A stretch of 64,000 nt of DNA from Planctomycetota bacterium (GTDB lineage: Bacteria > Planctomycetota > PLA2 > JAEUHO01): assembly GCA_965222115.1 (NCBI GenBank), contig CBDCTJ010000007.1, forward strand, positions 1,376,001-1,440,000, given 5' to 3'. A model generated the notes under the pieces. The model was not told the DNA's origin. It saw nothing but the letters and a program-made list of their open reading frames with translations, and ran no database searches. The position numbers were made by a program, and so were the translations under genes. Positions 30,272 to 40,261 of this stretch are shown here, one piece after another. How positions within the stretch are numbered: position 1 is the first letter of the stretch; each line of letters begins with the position of its first letter.

Positions 30272-31759
30272 ATGAGCCCTGCTCCCACCCCACCTCCACC
30301 TGACGACGACAACAATCGGGAAGTCGATCAGGAAGCCGGGCACGATGTAACCATCGCGACGACGGGTGATGGTTCGGGTGAAGTGAGCGCCGAGGAACAA
30401 GCATCGCCATCTGCTGTCATTGCCCCGCCCGTCATCGCCATCGTGGGGCGACCCAATGTGGGCAAATCCACATTGCTAAATGCCATGGCGCGCACGCGCG
30501 TGGCCATTGTTGAACCCACACCGGGCGTTACGCGCGATCGCATCGGCGTGCTCTGTACGTATGCCGAACGAACGGTAGAAGTGGTGGACACGGGCGGTGT
30601 TGGCATTGTGGACATGCAGGGACTCGAAGAGGACGTCGAAGGACAGATCGCCTCGGCCGTTGAGAATGCCGACGTGATTCTCTTCGTGGTGGATGCACGC
30701 GACGGATTGATGCAACTCGATTCGCGCGTGGGCGAGTTGTTGCGTCGCACAAAAACGCCCGTGCTTTTGCTGGCCAACAAAGTTGAGGGCGAGCGGCCTA
30801 CGTGGAATCTGCACGAGTTTTTGCCGCTTAGCTACGGCGAGCCTCTCCCCATTTCAGCGAAAGAGAAGATCGGCCTCGACGCCTTGGAATCTCTCGTCGA
30901 ACGCTACTTACCCAAGGGCAAGACCACGCCCGTGCGCATGGCACCGCCCGATCTGCGCCTTGCGATCGTGGGACGTATGAACGCCGGCAAGAGTTCGCTC
31001 GTCAACGCGCTCATTCATCAGGATCGCATGATCGTGAGTGAGGTGCCCGGCACCACCCGTGACAGTGTGGACATTCGTTTTGAGCTTGATGGTCGCTCGT
31101 TTGTCGCGATTGACACGGCGGGAATTCGCAAAGAGAAGACGGTTCATGGTTCCGTGGACTTTTATGCTCAGCGTCGGGCAGAAAAAGCCATGCGACGCGC
31201 CAACGTGACCGCGCTTGTACTCGATGCCACGCGCGATGTTGGACGGTTGGATCGAAAGATTGCCGACTATGCGGTGCGCTTTTATCAGCCCGTCGTCATC
31301 GTCGCCAACAAATGGGACCTCTGTGACGACATGACGCCCAAGGCGTTTACCGCGTACTTGGATAAAGCCCTTCCCGGAAATCGCTACGCACCGATTGTGT
31401 ACGCGAGCGCGCTCACCGGCTGGAATGTGCATCGCGTCATGGACGTGGCGTGGGGGCTGTTCCAGCAGGCCACCACACGTGTGGGGACTTCAGAAGTGAA
31501 CAGCGTGTTAGAGTCGGCCTACGCACTTCGTAAGCCTCGTCCCAAGAAAGGGAAGATCGGTCGCATCTATTACGGAAGTCAGGTTGAGATTGAGCCGCCA
31601 ACGTTCGTTGTCTTTGTGAACGAAACGTGGCTCTTCCCCAAGAATTACATTCGCTACCTTGAGAACCGCATCCGCGAAGCGTTCCCGATGGACGAGGTGC
31701 CGGTCAAAATCGTCCTTAAGGCGCGGGATCGTTCGCCGTCCAAGAATATGTACGGATAG
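30272..31759 (+). CDS. der: Ribosome biogenesis GTPase Der (EngA)
   Basis: Two G domains: GRPNVGKS/DTGG/NKVE and GRMNAGKS/DTAG/NKWD; KH-like C-terminus. Confidence 0.97.
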   Translation: MSPAPTPPPPDDDNNREVDQEAGHDVTIATTGDGSGEVSAEEQASPSAVIAPPVIAIVGRPNVGKSTLLNAMARTRVAIVEPTPGVTRDRIGVLCTYAERTVEVVDTGGVGIVDMQGLEEDVEGQIASAVENADVILFVVDARDGLMQLDSRVGELLRRTKTPVLLLANKVEGERPTWNLHEFLPLSYGEPLPISAKEKIGLDALESLVERYLPKGKTTPVRMAPPDLRLAIVGRMNAGKSSLVNALIHQDRMIVSEVPGTTRDSVDIRFELDGRSFVAIDTAGIRKEKTVHGSVDFYAQRRAEKAMRRANVTALVLDATRDVGRLDRKIADYAVRFYQPVVIVANKWDLCDDMTPKAFTAYLDKALPGNRYAPIVYASALTGWNVHRVMDVAWGLFQQATTRVGTSEVNSVLESAYALRKPRPKKGKIGRIYYGSQVEIEPPTFVVFVNETWLFPKNYIRYLENRIREAFPMDEVPVKIVLKARDRSPSKNMYG

Positions 31760-31811
31760 CACGTCGTTCCTCGATGCACGTCATGCCTGTAGGGCTGCTA
31801 CGATTCGCTGC

Positions 31812-33389
31812 ATGAACGGACGACCCGCCCTTGCATTGTTGATCTTCGTGAGCCTTTTGATGTTGGCTCCGCATACCTCCGCTAAGGACGAACCCCTGCA
31901 TCTCGAGGGAAGTAGCGCAACGATTCAGGCGCCGCCATCTAGTTGGGCGCACACCAAGCACGACGAGCAAGCGGGGCAAATCGGTTGCACTTGGACCTAC
32001 AAGGGAAGTGGTGCTGTGGTCTCAGTGCTTGTCTTCCCCGTGCGGCGCGAAGGCACGGCCAAGGCGTTGCTCCGGCAAGCGGTGGATACAGCGGTCCGCG
32101 GGCGTACGCGCAGCGGCTTTGGCATGCTCGACCAAAAATCGTTTCAGATCCTCGGGCGCGATGGAAGCGACGCACGCATTGAGATTGCGTTGGCGAAAGA
32201 GAAGGCGCTCGGTCACGCGCGACTTCTACGCATTGCCGATGCGCAATGGGCATTTGCGTGGGGCTATGCGCCCGAGAAGGCACCTGCCGATGTGGCCGGT
32301 CTCATCAAGCGTGTGGTGACGAGTCTACAAACCACCGATCCAGCGCTGTTCACACTGCGATTCGACGAGCGTCCCACGTTTTCTCGCGAAGTCGTGACGG
32401 TCAAGGGCGAGGAGGCGATTCGCCGCGAACACATCATTGCCCTGCAACTGCTCTTAGAGGCCTCACGTGGAGAGCGCTATCCGGTAGCCGTGCGTCCCTT
32501 GTTGCGCAAGGCGCTGGTGGATGACGCTCGACGATCGAAGTCGAAATGGCGTGATGGGTTTCGAGAAGCACTTCGTTCGGTGCGAAAGGCGGAGCATCAA
32601 CCGCTTGACGTACGCCGTAAGCTCTTTACCGAATGGGGTACGGCAATCTTCGCTGGTTATGTTCTTCGCTCCGTGCGACGTGAACTCGCCGGCATGAAAG
32701 TCACTACGATCTGGGAGAAGCTAAGTGCACCCGTAGCAACGCATAAAGGTGAGTCGCTCAAAACCTGCGACTACTCCGCCCTGGCAGAAATGGCATCGTT
32801 CTTCGCGTCACTAGGACTGGATAAGGGCGTGCCCGTGAGCGACGAGATCCAAGCGAGCCTCAAGAAGTCGCTCGCGAAACGTTGGACGTCCCTCTGCGAT
32901 CGCGCGGGATTCCCGGATTCGCCTGCCAAGAACAAGCAGGCCGAACCAAAGAAAGACGATGCCGATAGCCAGTCCAAGGATGCAGACGATCCGAGTAAGA
33001 GAAACGAATCGCCGAAGAAAGACGAATCGCCAGCACTTACCGACGATCAGAAAGCCGCACGCGCCGAAGTCGAACGCCTGCAACACGCCGATCGTCAATG
33101 GGCCACGCTTCGCTACGCCTGGGACCGCGCCGCGCCCGAAGCACGTTTGGCGTTTCGCAAGGCGTTGGTCAAACGTGTGTTTGCGGACAGCGAGGAGAAA
33201 TCGAAGGCAATTGATGCGCTCAAGAACCGAGCTGCTCTCAAGCGTTGGTTTGAGGCGCAGGATGCGGAACAAGCGCCGAGTGCAGATGATATTGTGCGTC
33301 GCATGATGGAAATGACGGGGGAAGAGCGAGAGGGACTGATCGAGATGCTGGGGGTGGGGGACGCGGATGACTTGAGGTTTGGGTGGTAA
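31812..33389 (+). CDS. Hypothetical secreted protein
   Basis: Signal peptide (..APHTSA), long ORF with host-like codon usage. Confidence 0.7.
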   Translation: MNGRPALALLIFVSLLMLAPHTSAKDEPLHLEGSSATIQAPPSSWAHTKHDEQAGQIGCTWTYKGSGAVVSVLVFPVRREGTAKALLRQAVDTAVRGRTRSGFGMLDQKSFQILGRDGSDARIEIALAKEKALGHARLLRIADAQWAFAWGYAPEKAPADVAGLIKRVVTSLQTTDPALFTLRFDERPTFSREVVTVKGEEAIRREHIIALQLLLEASRGERYPVAVRPLLRKALVDDARRSKSKWRDGFREALRSVRKAEHQPLDVRRKLFTEWGTAIFAGYVLRSVRRELAGMKVTTIWEKLSAPVATHKGESLKTCDYSALAEMASFFASLGLDKGVPVSDEIQASLKKSLAKRWTSLCDRAGFPDSPAKNKQAEPKKDDADSQSKDADDPSKRNESPKKDESPALTDDQKAARAEVERLQHADRQWATLRYAWDRAAPEARLAFRKALVKRVFADSEEKSKAIDALKNRAALKRWFEAQDAEQAPSADDIVRRMMEMTGEEREGLIEMLGVGDADDLRFGW

Positions 33390-33612
33390 CGTACGGATTC
33401 GTACCGGGAGCAAATGCGCAACATCACAATTTGTGCCGGGAGCGAATGCGCGGAGAGCCTCACGTTCCCAGCCCTCCCCTCCCAGGGGGAGAGTGGAAGC
33501 AAGTATGCGCGGAATTCTCGTGCTGGAAGGCACAGAGCCTTTCCACCCTCCGTCGCGACCCTGCCACCGCCCCGGTTGGTATCATTCCCCGCCCTGTCTC
33601 GGAGGACCCTTG

Positions 33613-35241
33613 ATGCGCTCAACCCAATCAACGCTGTGGCGAACGGTCACATGCGGCCTCGCACTTGCATTTGCCATTTCATTGGGAGCATGCGGCGGCG
33701 ATTCCGGTGGTGGTGACTCGGCCGACGGCGGGAAGAGGCTGACTGTTGAATTGCGCTACGGAAACAACTCGCGGCCCTACATGCCGTGGCCCGAGGACGT
33801 GGCCAAGCAGTTGGCGGGAGCCATGGAGAGTGCGGGCATTGATGTGAAACTTCGGAAAGAAGAGTGGAACCCCTTCTTGGATCAAGTGAAGAACGGCGAA
33901 CACCAAATGGCGATCCTCGGTTGGTCCGCCGACGTGGCCGATCCCGACAATTTCCTCTATGTCTTGCTCGATAAGGACAATGCTCGTCCCGGCAGCGCCA
34001 ACAATATCAGTTTCTACGACTCCGAAGAAGTCCATCAACTACTCACCAAGGCCCAGCGCATCGGTGACAAGGCTGAGCGCATCAAGCTCTACAAGAAGGC
34101 GCAAGAGATTATCTTCGACGACGTGCCCATGATGCCGTTGGTCTACAACCTGAAACTCCACGCGCATCGCAAAGAAGTGTCACCTCTTGAGGTGCAGCCC
34201 GTTACGCATCCCCTGCTGCGACTGATCAAGACGCCCCAGGACGGAGACCTTGTGTATCTGCGCGGCAGCGATAGCGAGATGCTGGATCCCGCCGATGTTA
34301 CGGATGGCGAAAGTTCCAAAGTCATTGAGCAAATCTATGACACGTTGACGCGATTCAAGTCGGGTACGAGCGACGTGGAGCCTTCGCTTGCCGAGTCCTG
34401 GACGCACAATGATGATCGCACGCAGTGGACGTTTCGCATTCGAGGCGGCGTCAAATTTCATGACGGCACGCCCGTGAACGGCGCAGCGGTCGTCAATGCC
34501 TTCGAGCGTCAACGCGACGAGAAACACCCGCATCATTTCCCCGATGGCACGTGGAGCTACTGGAAAGACAACTTCAAGTTCGTGGACAAGGTTCGCTTGG
34601 GCGACGATCCCATGGACGTTGTGTTCGAGCTCAATCGCGCGGCGCCGCCGTTTTTCCTGTCGTTGCTTGCCATGTTTACCACGTCCATTCCATCGCCGAC
34701 GGCACTCGAGCTCCACGGCAAAGACTTCCGCCGCAACCCGGTGGGATCAGGCCCCTTTCGATTCGTTTCTTGGAAATCGGCCGTTGAGATCAAGCTCGCG
34801 CGCAATGACGACTACTGGGACGGCGCGCCGGCCATTCAGTCTGTTTCATTCCAAGTTTCCCGCGATCCAACCGTGCGCGCTGAACGCTTGGCGTCTCACC
34901 AGCGCGCGGACATCATCGACAATCTCGATCCCCTCACGGTCGAAAAGCTCGCCGCCGACCCGGGCGTAACGATTGAGAAAATCCCCGGCCTCAACGTGTG
35001 CTATGCGGCCATGAACACACAAAAGCCCCCCTTCGACAACAAACTTGTCCGCCAGGCGATCGCGCATCTCGTAGACAAAGACCGCATTGTCAAAATCGTC
35101 TACCGCGGCGAAGGCAAGCCCGCCACGACCCCGCTTCCTCCTACGTTATTTGGTCACAATAGCGACATCGTGGATCGCAAGCGCGATGTGAAGAAGGCGA
35201 AAGAATTGCTGAAGCAGGCGGGGTATGGGGTGGGGGATTAG
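33613..35241 (+). CDS. dppA: Peptide ABC transporter substrate-binding lipoprotein (DppA family), circularly permuted
   Basis: GGAGGA RBS, lipobox LGAC; DppA C-terminal motifs (RPYMP, GWSADVADPDNF, LYKKAQEII) precede N-terminal motifs (LDP, IYDTL, PSLAESW, GVKFHDG, PVGSGPF, AKELLKQAGY). Confidence 0.88.
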   Translation: MRSTQSTLWRTVTCGLALAFAISLGACGGDSGGGDSADGGKRLTVELRYGNNSRPYMPWPEDVAKQLAGAMESAGIDVKLRKEEWNPFLDQVKNGEHQMAILGWSADVADPDNFLYVLLDKDNARPGSANNISFYDSEEVHQLLTKAQRIGDKAERIKLYKKAQEIIFDDVPMMPLVYNLKLHAHRKEVSPLEVQPVTHPLLRLIKTPQDGDLVYLRGSDSEMLDPADVTDGESSKVIEQIYDTLTRFKSGTSDVEPSLAESWTHNDDRTQWTFRIRGGVKFHDGTPVNGAAVVNAFERQRDEKHPHHFPDGTWSYWKDNFKFVDKVRLGDDPMDVVFELNRAAPPFFLSLLAMFTTSIPSPTALELHGKDFRRNPVGSGPFRFVSWKSAVEIKLARNDDYWDGAPAIQSVSFQVSRDPTVRAERLASHQRADIIDNLDPLTVEKLAADPGVTIEKIPGLNVCYAAMNTQKPPFDNKLVRQAIAHLVDKDRIVKIVYRGEGKPATTPLPPTLFGHNSDIVDRKRDVKKAKELLKQAGYGVGD

Positions 35242-35455
35242 AAGGTCTTACAACCTATTGGGCACCCCGTCTTACTGCTTGTTTCTTGGCATTGGAATTG
35301 GCGTCGTTGGCACGCTACTGCTCACAGATTCGAAGCAGGCTACGGAATTCGACGCAGGTCGCGCGTTCTCGGGTTGAGTCAACGTCTTTGGAGAAGTTTT
35401 CGGCTGGGGGCCGAGATTTCATCCTCGACACAATCGGCGCAACACAATCAGTCAC

Positions 35456-35561
35456 CGGTCCCGAAGGGACATACGCGGATAGCCCAGGGTGCACAACGAG
35501 CGTAGCGAGTTGAAACCCTGGGACAAAACGCAACAACAATCTCAGCGCCCTGTAAGGGCGC
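35456..35561 (+). repeat. REP-like composite palindromic element, copy 1
   Basis: Hairpins GTCCC-GAA-GGGAC, CCCAGGGT...ACCCTGGG, GCGCCCT-GTA-AGGGCGC. Confidence 0.85.
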
Positions 35562-35594
35562 AAGCGTCTCCGCCAACCGATGCAACGTCATGAG

Positions 35595-36047
35595 TCAGTC
35601 CCAAATGTAGCGCTCGTCGTACACAACAAGATTTTGCTCAAACAGTTTCAGCAACTCTTCCTTGTACGTCCATTTGCGGTGGTGTTCTCGTTGGTGCTCA
35701 ATGTAGTCAATGACAGGTTCTTTGTGACTTGGGCTCACCGAGAAGGCGCCGTATCCATTCTGCCATCTAGAGTCGGCGAGTAGCGGTACCGAATCTCGGA
35801 TCCATCGCGTCGATCCAGTCTTGATGTTCTGAATGACCTTTGAAATGGCCTTGGTACGAGGAAGACTCAACATCAAGTGGATATGGTCATCTACGGATCC
35901 TGCAGACAGGAGTACTCCCCCAAGTCTTCGGACGATTCCTCCGATGTAGCTGTGCAGTTCACTCCGCCACGCGTCGCCTAGCAATGGCTTCCGGCCCTTT
36001 GTACTGAAGATTACATGAACCAAGATGTTGGAGAGTGATTGCGACAT
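35595..36047 (-). mobile_element. tnpA: IS200/IS605-family Y1 HUH transposase (REP-associated tyrosine transposase-like)
   Basis: HVIFSTK, DHIH (HUH), WQNGYGAFSVS, YIEHQREHH; no tnpB; flanked by palindromic repeats. Confidence 0.92.
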
Positions 36048-36210
36048 GCACCTGCCTCAGAGTCGAACCCGTCTTGAATCTCGGCGCTCGACGTCGACGT
36101 TGCTAGATGCCGGCCCCAACACACTCTTCGCACAACTCCGTTGCAGGTAACACGTCGGGACGGATTCTTCATCCACCAGAATGGTTGGGATGCCTCTGCA
36201 AGTCGCACTA

Positions 36211-36300
36211 CCGCCCTTACAGGGCGGCGGATTATTGGGGAACCTCATACCAGGGTTCGGAAGCCTCACCCTTCGCTATCAGCTTCCATGCCTTCGGCAT
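36211..36300 (-). repeat. REP-like element, copy 2 (inverted relative to copy 1)
   Basis: CCGCCCT-TAC-AGGGCGG, CCAGGGT...ACCCT, GCTATC, ATGCC-TTC-GGCAT in mirror order. Confidence 0.8.
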
Positions 36301-36519
36301 GGCCCTGTCTTCCATATGCCCAAGGACGAGTAACGGGTATTGGCCTAGCCCAACCACCAGGCATCCTTGGAAACGTCTCCGCGCATGTTTCCGCCGTCAA
36401 TACTACGAACGCGCCCTAGGAGCTTCATGATCTGTCCCTGCCACCTCTCTTGATCTGGGCAGAGCCACATCTTGTGTCAAGGCGTATCGTCAACACCTCC
36501 GAGTAACACAACCCTTAGA

Positions 36520-36640
36520 CGGTCCCGAAGGGACATACGTTGATAGCTCGGAGTGCCCGCGAGGAAACAGTGCGGGAGCGCAGCGAACTGAAACCCGGGG
36601 ACCTCGTGAATGAAACACAAACTGACCGCCCAGTATGGTT
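36520..36640 (+). repeat. REP-like element, copy 3 (degenerate)
   Basis: 20-nt identity cggtcccgaagggacatacg with 35456-35475; gagcgcagcgaactgaaacccgggga resembles gagcgtagcgagttgaaaccctggga. Confidence 0.8.
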
Positions 36641-36770
36641 GGACGGGGCGTGCGCAGGTTGAGATTCTGAATACCAGGGATCGGGCGAGGCGAAGGATTG
36701 AGATTCAGCTTCCGAAAGAGCGGGCAAGCAACAAGCGTATCGGCTAATTCAATATCGAATCAACCGCCCA

Positions 36771-38597
36771 CTACTTTAGGCGTGACAATTGTATGTCCAC
36801 AGCTGTCACTTTGTTCGGAAACACTTGAAACTCGGTGCTCGCTTGTTCGTACCCTGGCATCATGATTGCCAATAGATACTCCCCAGCCGGGCAACTTGTC
36901 AGCCACTCCCTTTGTTTGGGTGGAGTCCTCGTGTTGGATAGTGGAACTTGAATTCTTGCTGGGCCAAACTTCCCTGTGATGTTGTTCTTCAGTAGGGCCA
37001 TGAGCCGGGAACCGTAAATTCGTTGTCCACTGGCATTCTTTACTCGTACGAAGAACCCAGTGGGAGGTGGAAGCCGTACTTGATATTTGAGATTGTTCCC
37101 GGCTTCAATTTTTAGCTCTTCTCTCCTAACACCGTCTCGTACCCAAACTTTCAATTCGCGATCGGGAACACCTTTGAACGACCATTCGTTTCTTGTCTTG
37201 GAGCGCAGGCCGTCCAACAAGAATGAGAAATTGTTCTCCAGCCGAACTTCGAGGCTTAACTCGCTGGGAATCGCGACTTCTTTCGGATAATCATGCTTCA
37301 CGACTATCGAAAGTTCGCGGCGACTGAAAAAACCATGCCACGGAACTCTGACTCTCTCCCATCGAGCATCTTCATTGTGCTTCCATAGGCGCACCGTCGT
37401 GGCGATGGTGCCATACCCTGGGGAACTCACCTCGAGTTTCGCGTTTTGAGGTAAATCCGCCGAGCTGGTCCTAGATCGTCTTACGAATCCGGAGTACCTA
37501 GCTCTCCCAATTGATTGTTCACTTTTGAAGCCGTCTCGGCTTGAGCGCCACACGTCTTTCCAAAGGACGCGTTCCGTAACGAGCTCACATTTTGTTTGAC
37601 CGCCCGCCAACTTCTTCAGGCGCAAGACAGGCATCCCTGCGTCGAGTGGCTTGTTGGAATCCACCTCTTCTAATTCTAAAAAAAAAGCTCGCAATTCGTG
37701 CAGCGTAAACAGCACGTTTGCTCGACCAACTCTTACTACTTTGCTACTTAGAGACACAGTTCCACGTCCGGCATCGCCGCGGCTAGTACCGGCATATCCA
37801 GACGCACAGCAGCATAGTTGCACAGCCGATAGGTTGTTGGAAACTGATATTGAAAAGCTGCCATCGTTAAGGGTTCTCGTACTTCGCATGTTTACAGCAG
37901 CCGGTGCGGAGCCATTTCCTTCGTCGCTCCATGAACCTGAACAGCGAGTAATCAATTCTTGGCTTGCTCCAATGGGCAGGCAGCATACCTGGGCTTTTGC
38001 GATAGGCGCGCCAGAATCATCCACAACTCTGCCCGACACGGTTGCACCTAACGGGTCCATCCCAATCTCGTGGGCACCAGAATCAGAGATGACGCTTAGT
38101 ACCTCGCTTTGCATCTCCTCAATCGCGTCTTCGTACCCAGCCGATCTAACGATTAGTTTCAAGACCTCTCGTGAACTGGGGATTTGGGCGGTCCCCTTTT
38201 CGCCCGATGTTCGACGGAAAACTACATCTTCATTCTTCAGCGCAAGCAAGTTAGATGATCGCCTGAGTCCCCAGATATGCGCGTTGGAGATTGGGAGCTT
38301 CGTTTTTCGGTCAACTACCGAGACCGCGAAAGAAGTCCCTGCTTCGCTCGGCTCAGGCATATCCTCGCTTGCGTCCTGCAACGAATCTACCACGCTCCCC
38401 TCAAGTGTGCTGTTCGACGAAAGTCCTACATCGTCTCCCAAGATCGCCGTGAGGTGACTATATCGGTCGTCGGCCCGCGCTGATCTCGTAGCTGTCGTGT
38501 CTTGGATCAGCGCCAAGTACAGAAAGTAGCCCGCGCAGGCAGCCATGACTCCTACACATATGAGCAGTCGGGGCGACCGCTCAAATAGCGTTCTCAT
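36771..38597 (-). CDS. Membrane-anchored carboxypeptidase regulatory-like domain protein
   Basis: N-terminal TM; VSVVDRKTKLPISNA, VSGRVVDDSGAPIAKAQV, SAGY/SPGY/MPGY; ATGA-coupled to the upstream gene. Confidence 0.75.
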   Translation of the reverse strand: MRTLFERSPRLLICVGVMAACAGYFLYLALIQDTTATRSARADDRYSHLTAILGDDVGLSSNSTLEGSVVDSLQDASEDMPEPSEAGTSFAVSVVDRKTKLPISNAHIWGLRRSSNLLALKNEDVVFRRTSGEKGTAQIPSSREVLKLIVRSAGYEDAIEEMQSEVLSVISDSGAHEIGMDPLGATVSGRVVDDSGAPIAKAQVCCLPIGASQELITRCSGSWSDEGNGSAPAAVNMRSTRTLNDGSFSISVSNNLSAVQLCCCASGYAGTSRGDAGRGTVSLSSKVVRVGRANVLFTLHELRAFFLELEEVDSNKPLDAGMPVLRLKKLAGGQTKCELVTERVLWKDVWRSSRDGFKSEQSIGRARYSGFVRRSRTSSADLPQNAKLEVSSPGYGTIATTVRLWKHNEDARWERVRVPWHGFFSRRELSIVVKHDYPKEVAIPSELSLEVRLENNFSFLLDGLRSKTRNEWSFKGVPDRELKVWVRDGVRREELKIEAGNNLKYQVRLPPPTGFFVRVKNASGQRIYGSRLMALLKNNITGKFGPARIQVPLSNTRTPPKQREWLTSCPAGEYLLAIMMPGYEQASTEFQVFPNKVTAVDIQLSRLK

Positions 38598-39154
38598 TGA
38601 CACGTGCAGCCGGAATTTGAAACACCAGTCCAAATGGGGGGGTCTAGTGGCATCGGCGGGGTCCACACGATGCCGACGTCCTCGCAAGTCAAGGAGGATC
38701 CGATGCACTCGCCCTCACAGCCCTTCCAAAGCGTGTTCCCACTCTGAGGGTCACTGTATCGAACTGAATCGCACAGCCAGGGTCCGTTCCCGCCGACTTG
38801 GTCGGGATAGTGCCAACCAAAGTGAGTCCCGCTAATGAATATGGGGCAGGTACACGTCGCCCGAGTCACCACCGTGCCCGCTAGCCCTGAGGGATGTCCG
38901 GCTGGTACCGTGTATCCTGGGAAGTCCTGAAGTTGACAATCCGGAACGGACCCTCCCGGGCAGGGTCCATCGCAGTCTATGACCTGAAGAAAGTCAAAGA
39001 AAATTGGCGTCCCTCCGATAGTCAACCAGAAGCCTTCGTAGTGCAGCGTCTTGCCGCGGCACTGGCCAGATTGCGCGGACGCTATATTAAACCCACCGAG
39101 CGCAATCGAACATATCGCGACCAATAAGGGAGCAATTCCTATCCAAAACCTCAT
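38594..39154 (-). CDS. Secreted cysteine-rich protein with two 6-Cys modules
   Basis: AGGAGGA RBS, signal peptide ending ASA, 12 Cys in the mature part. Confidence 0.8.
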   Translation of the reverse strand: MRFWIGIAPLLVAICSIALGGFNIASAQSGQCRGKTLHYEGFWLTIGGTPIFFDFLQVIDCDGPCPGGSVPDCQLQDFPGYTVPAGHPSGLAGTVVTRATCTCPIFISGTHFGWHYPDQVGGNGPWLCDSVRYSDPQSGNTLWKGCEGECIGSSLTCEDVGIVWTPPMPLDPPIWTGVSNSGCTCQ

Positions 39155-39175
39155 TCGTGTATCCTCCTGCTAGAT

Positions 39176-39535
39176 TTATGCCCTAGACTGACTAGACGCA
39201 CGCCAAATTTCGAGACTCGTGATAACTACTAGGCCGCTCACTACCATCGCTATCCCATCTGACATCTTAGCCGCCCCAAGGCAGCCACATTGACCGACAG
39301 GTCGCGGGTGCAGGAGTCGTGCGAAGGCTGCGCCAGCGTATGCGAAAGCCAGCACAAAGGCAGTGGGCCTTGCAGTAATCGGTACGGCAATTCCGACGGC
39401 GCACAACAGCTCAAGTAAGGCGACTTCCGTGTTTGGTCCCTGGCGATCGGGAGATGATCCGTCCCCTGAGAGCTTTTCATAGACTGCCCACACTAAGAAC
39501 AGGACTAAGGACCAACGCAGGGCGTGCCAGTACAT
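39176..39535 (-). CDS. MauE/DoxX-family membrane protein
   Basis: AVYEKL, ALLELLCAVG, CGCLG motif; GAGGAG RBS. Confidence 0.8.
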   Translation of the reverse strand: MYWHALRWSLVLFLVWAVYEKLSGDGSSPDRQGPNTEVALLELLCAVGIAVPITARPTAFVLAFAYAGAAFARLLHPRPVGQCGCLGAAKMSDGIAMVVSGLVVITSLEIWRASSQSRA

Positions 39536-39795
39536 TTGAGACTCCTCACTCCTCAACCCTATACGAGCCTTTGGGACGAAGCGCCGAAAAGCTGAGAGAA
39601 ATCCACACGGATCTAAATTTATGTTTTGAACCCGCTCCATAGGCCGATGTGACTAGGCAAGATCACTTGAGATATCTAGCACTGAGCCTGGACATAACAC
39701 TACATCCGTGAATCTAGGCCCTTGCCACTCACCGCGGAGTCCACATTGGCGCAAAAGGTCGCGCTGCTTAGGTTGAGGCGCCTACGTTCTTGTGC

Positions 39796-40191
39796 TCAAT
39801 TCAAAATCGAATCATCCGCCCACTCCGGCGTCCACACGATTTCGCACGGTTGCAGCGTGTCAAACTCGTCCCACGAGAGATTGAACGTGAAGATCCAGTC
39901 GGCGACATCCAGGCGAATGTCGAGATCGAGCACGAACGAGTCTAACTTGCGATACGTGGACGTGCGGGCGCGCCGGAGTTTGCGAATCAGCTTGCGCATA
40001 TCGGGGTCTTCGCCTGGGACCGCAGCCGTTCCGAGTTTGCCGTTGCCGCAATTCCAAATGAACTCGGCGACTTGGAGATTGGTCTCCTTGTCCCACTTGA
40101 GGAAGCCGGGTTCAAAGGCAATGAGCGTGAATTGCACGACTGCATTGGCCTCCTTGAGAACAACGTCCTCGGGCTTGATGAACTTCTTCAT
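39796..40191 (-). CDS. Small hypothetical protein (131 aa)
   Basis: AGAAGGGG before ATG 40191; host-like codon usage; Trp/acidic-rich. Confidence 0.65.
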   Translation of the reverse strand: MKKFIKPEDVVLKEANAVVQFTLIAFEPGFLKWDKETNLQVAEFIWNCGNGKLGTAAVPGEDPDMRKLIRKLRRARTSTYRKLDSFVLDLDIRLDVADWIFTFNLSWDEFDTLQPCEIVWTPEWADDSILN

Positions 40192-40261
40192 ACCCCTTCT
40201 ACGCACGAGTGCGCGAAAGGTAACATATCGCCACAAAGCCCGGGCGCATCTCCGAAGACGG

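Noticed and set aside
33471-33500. CCCTCCCC..GGGGGAGAG hairpin upstream of dppA
   Set aside because: Single imperfect copy in the window; cannot distinguish REP-like repeat, terminator or chance
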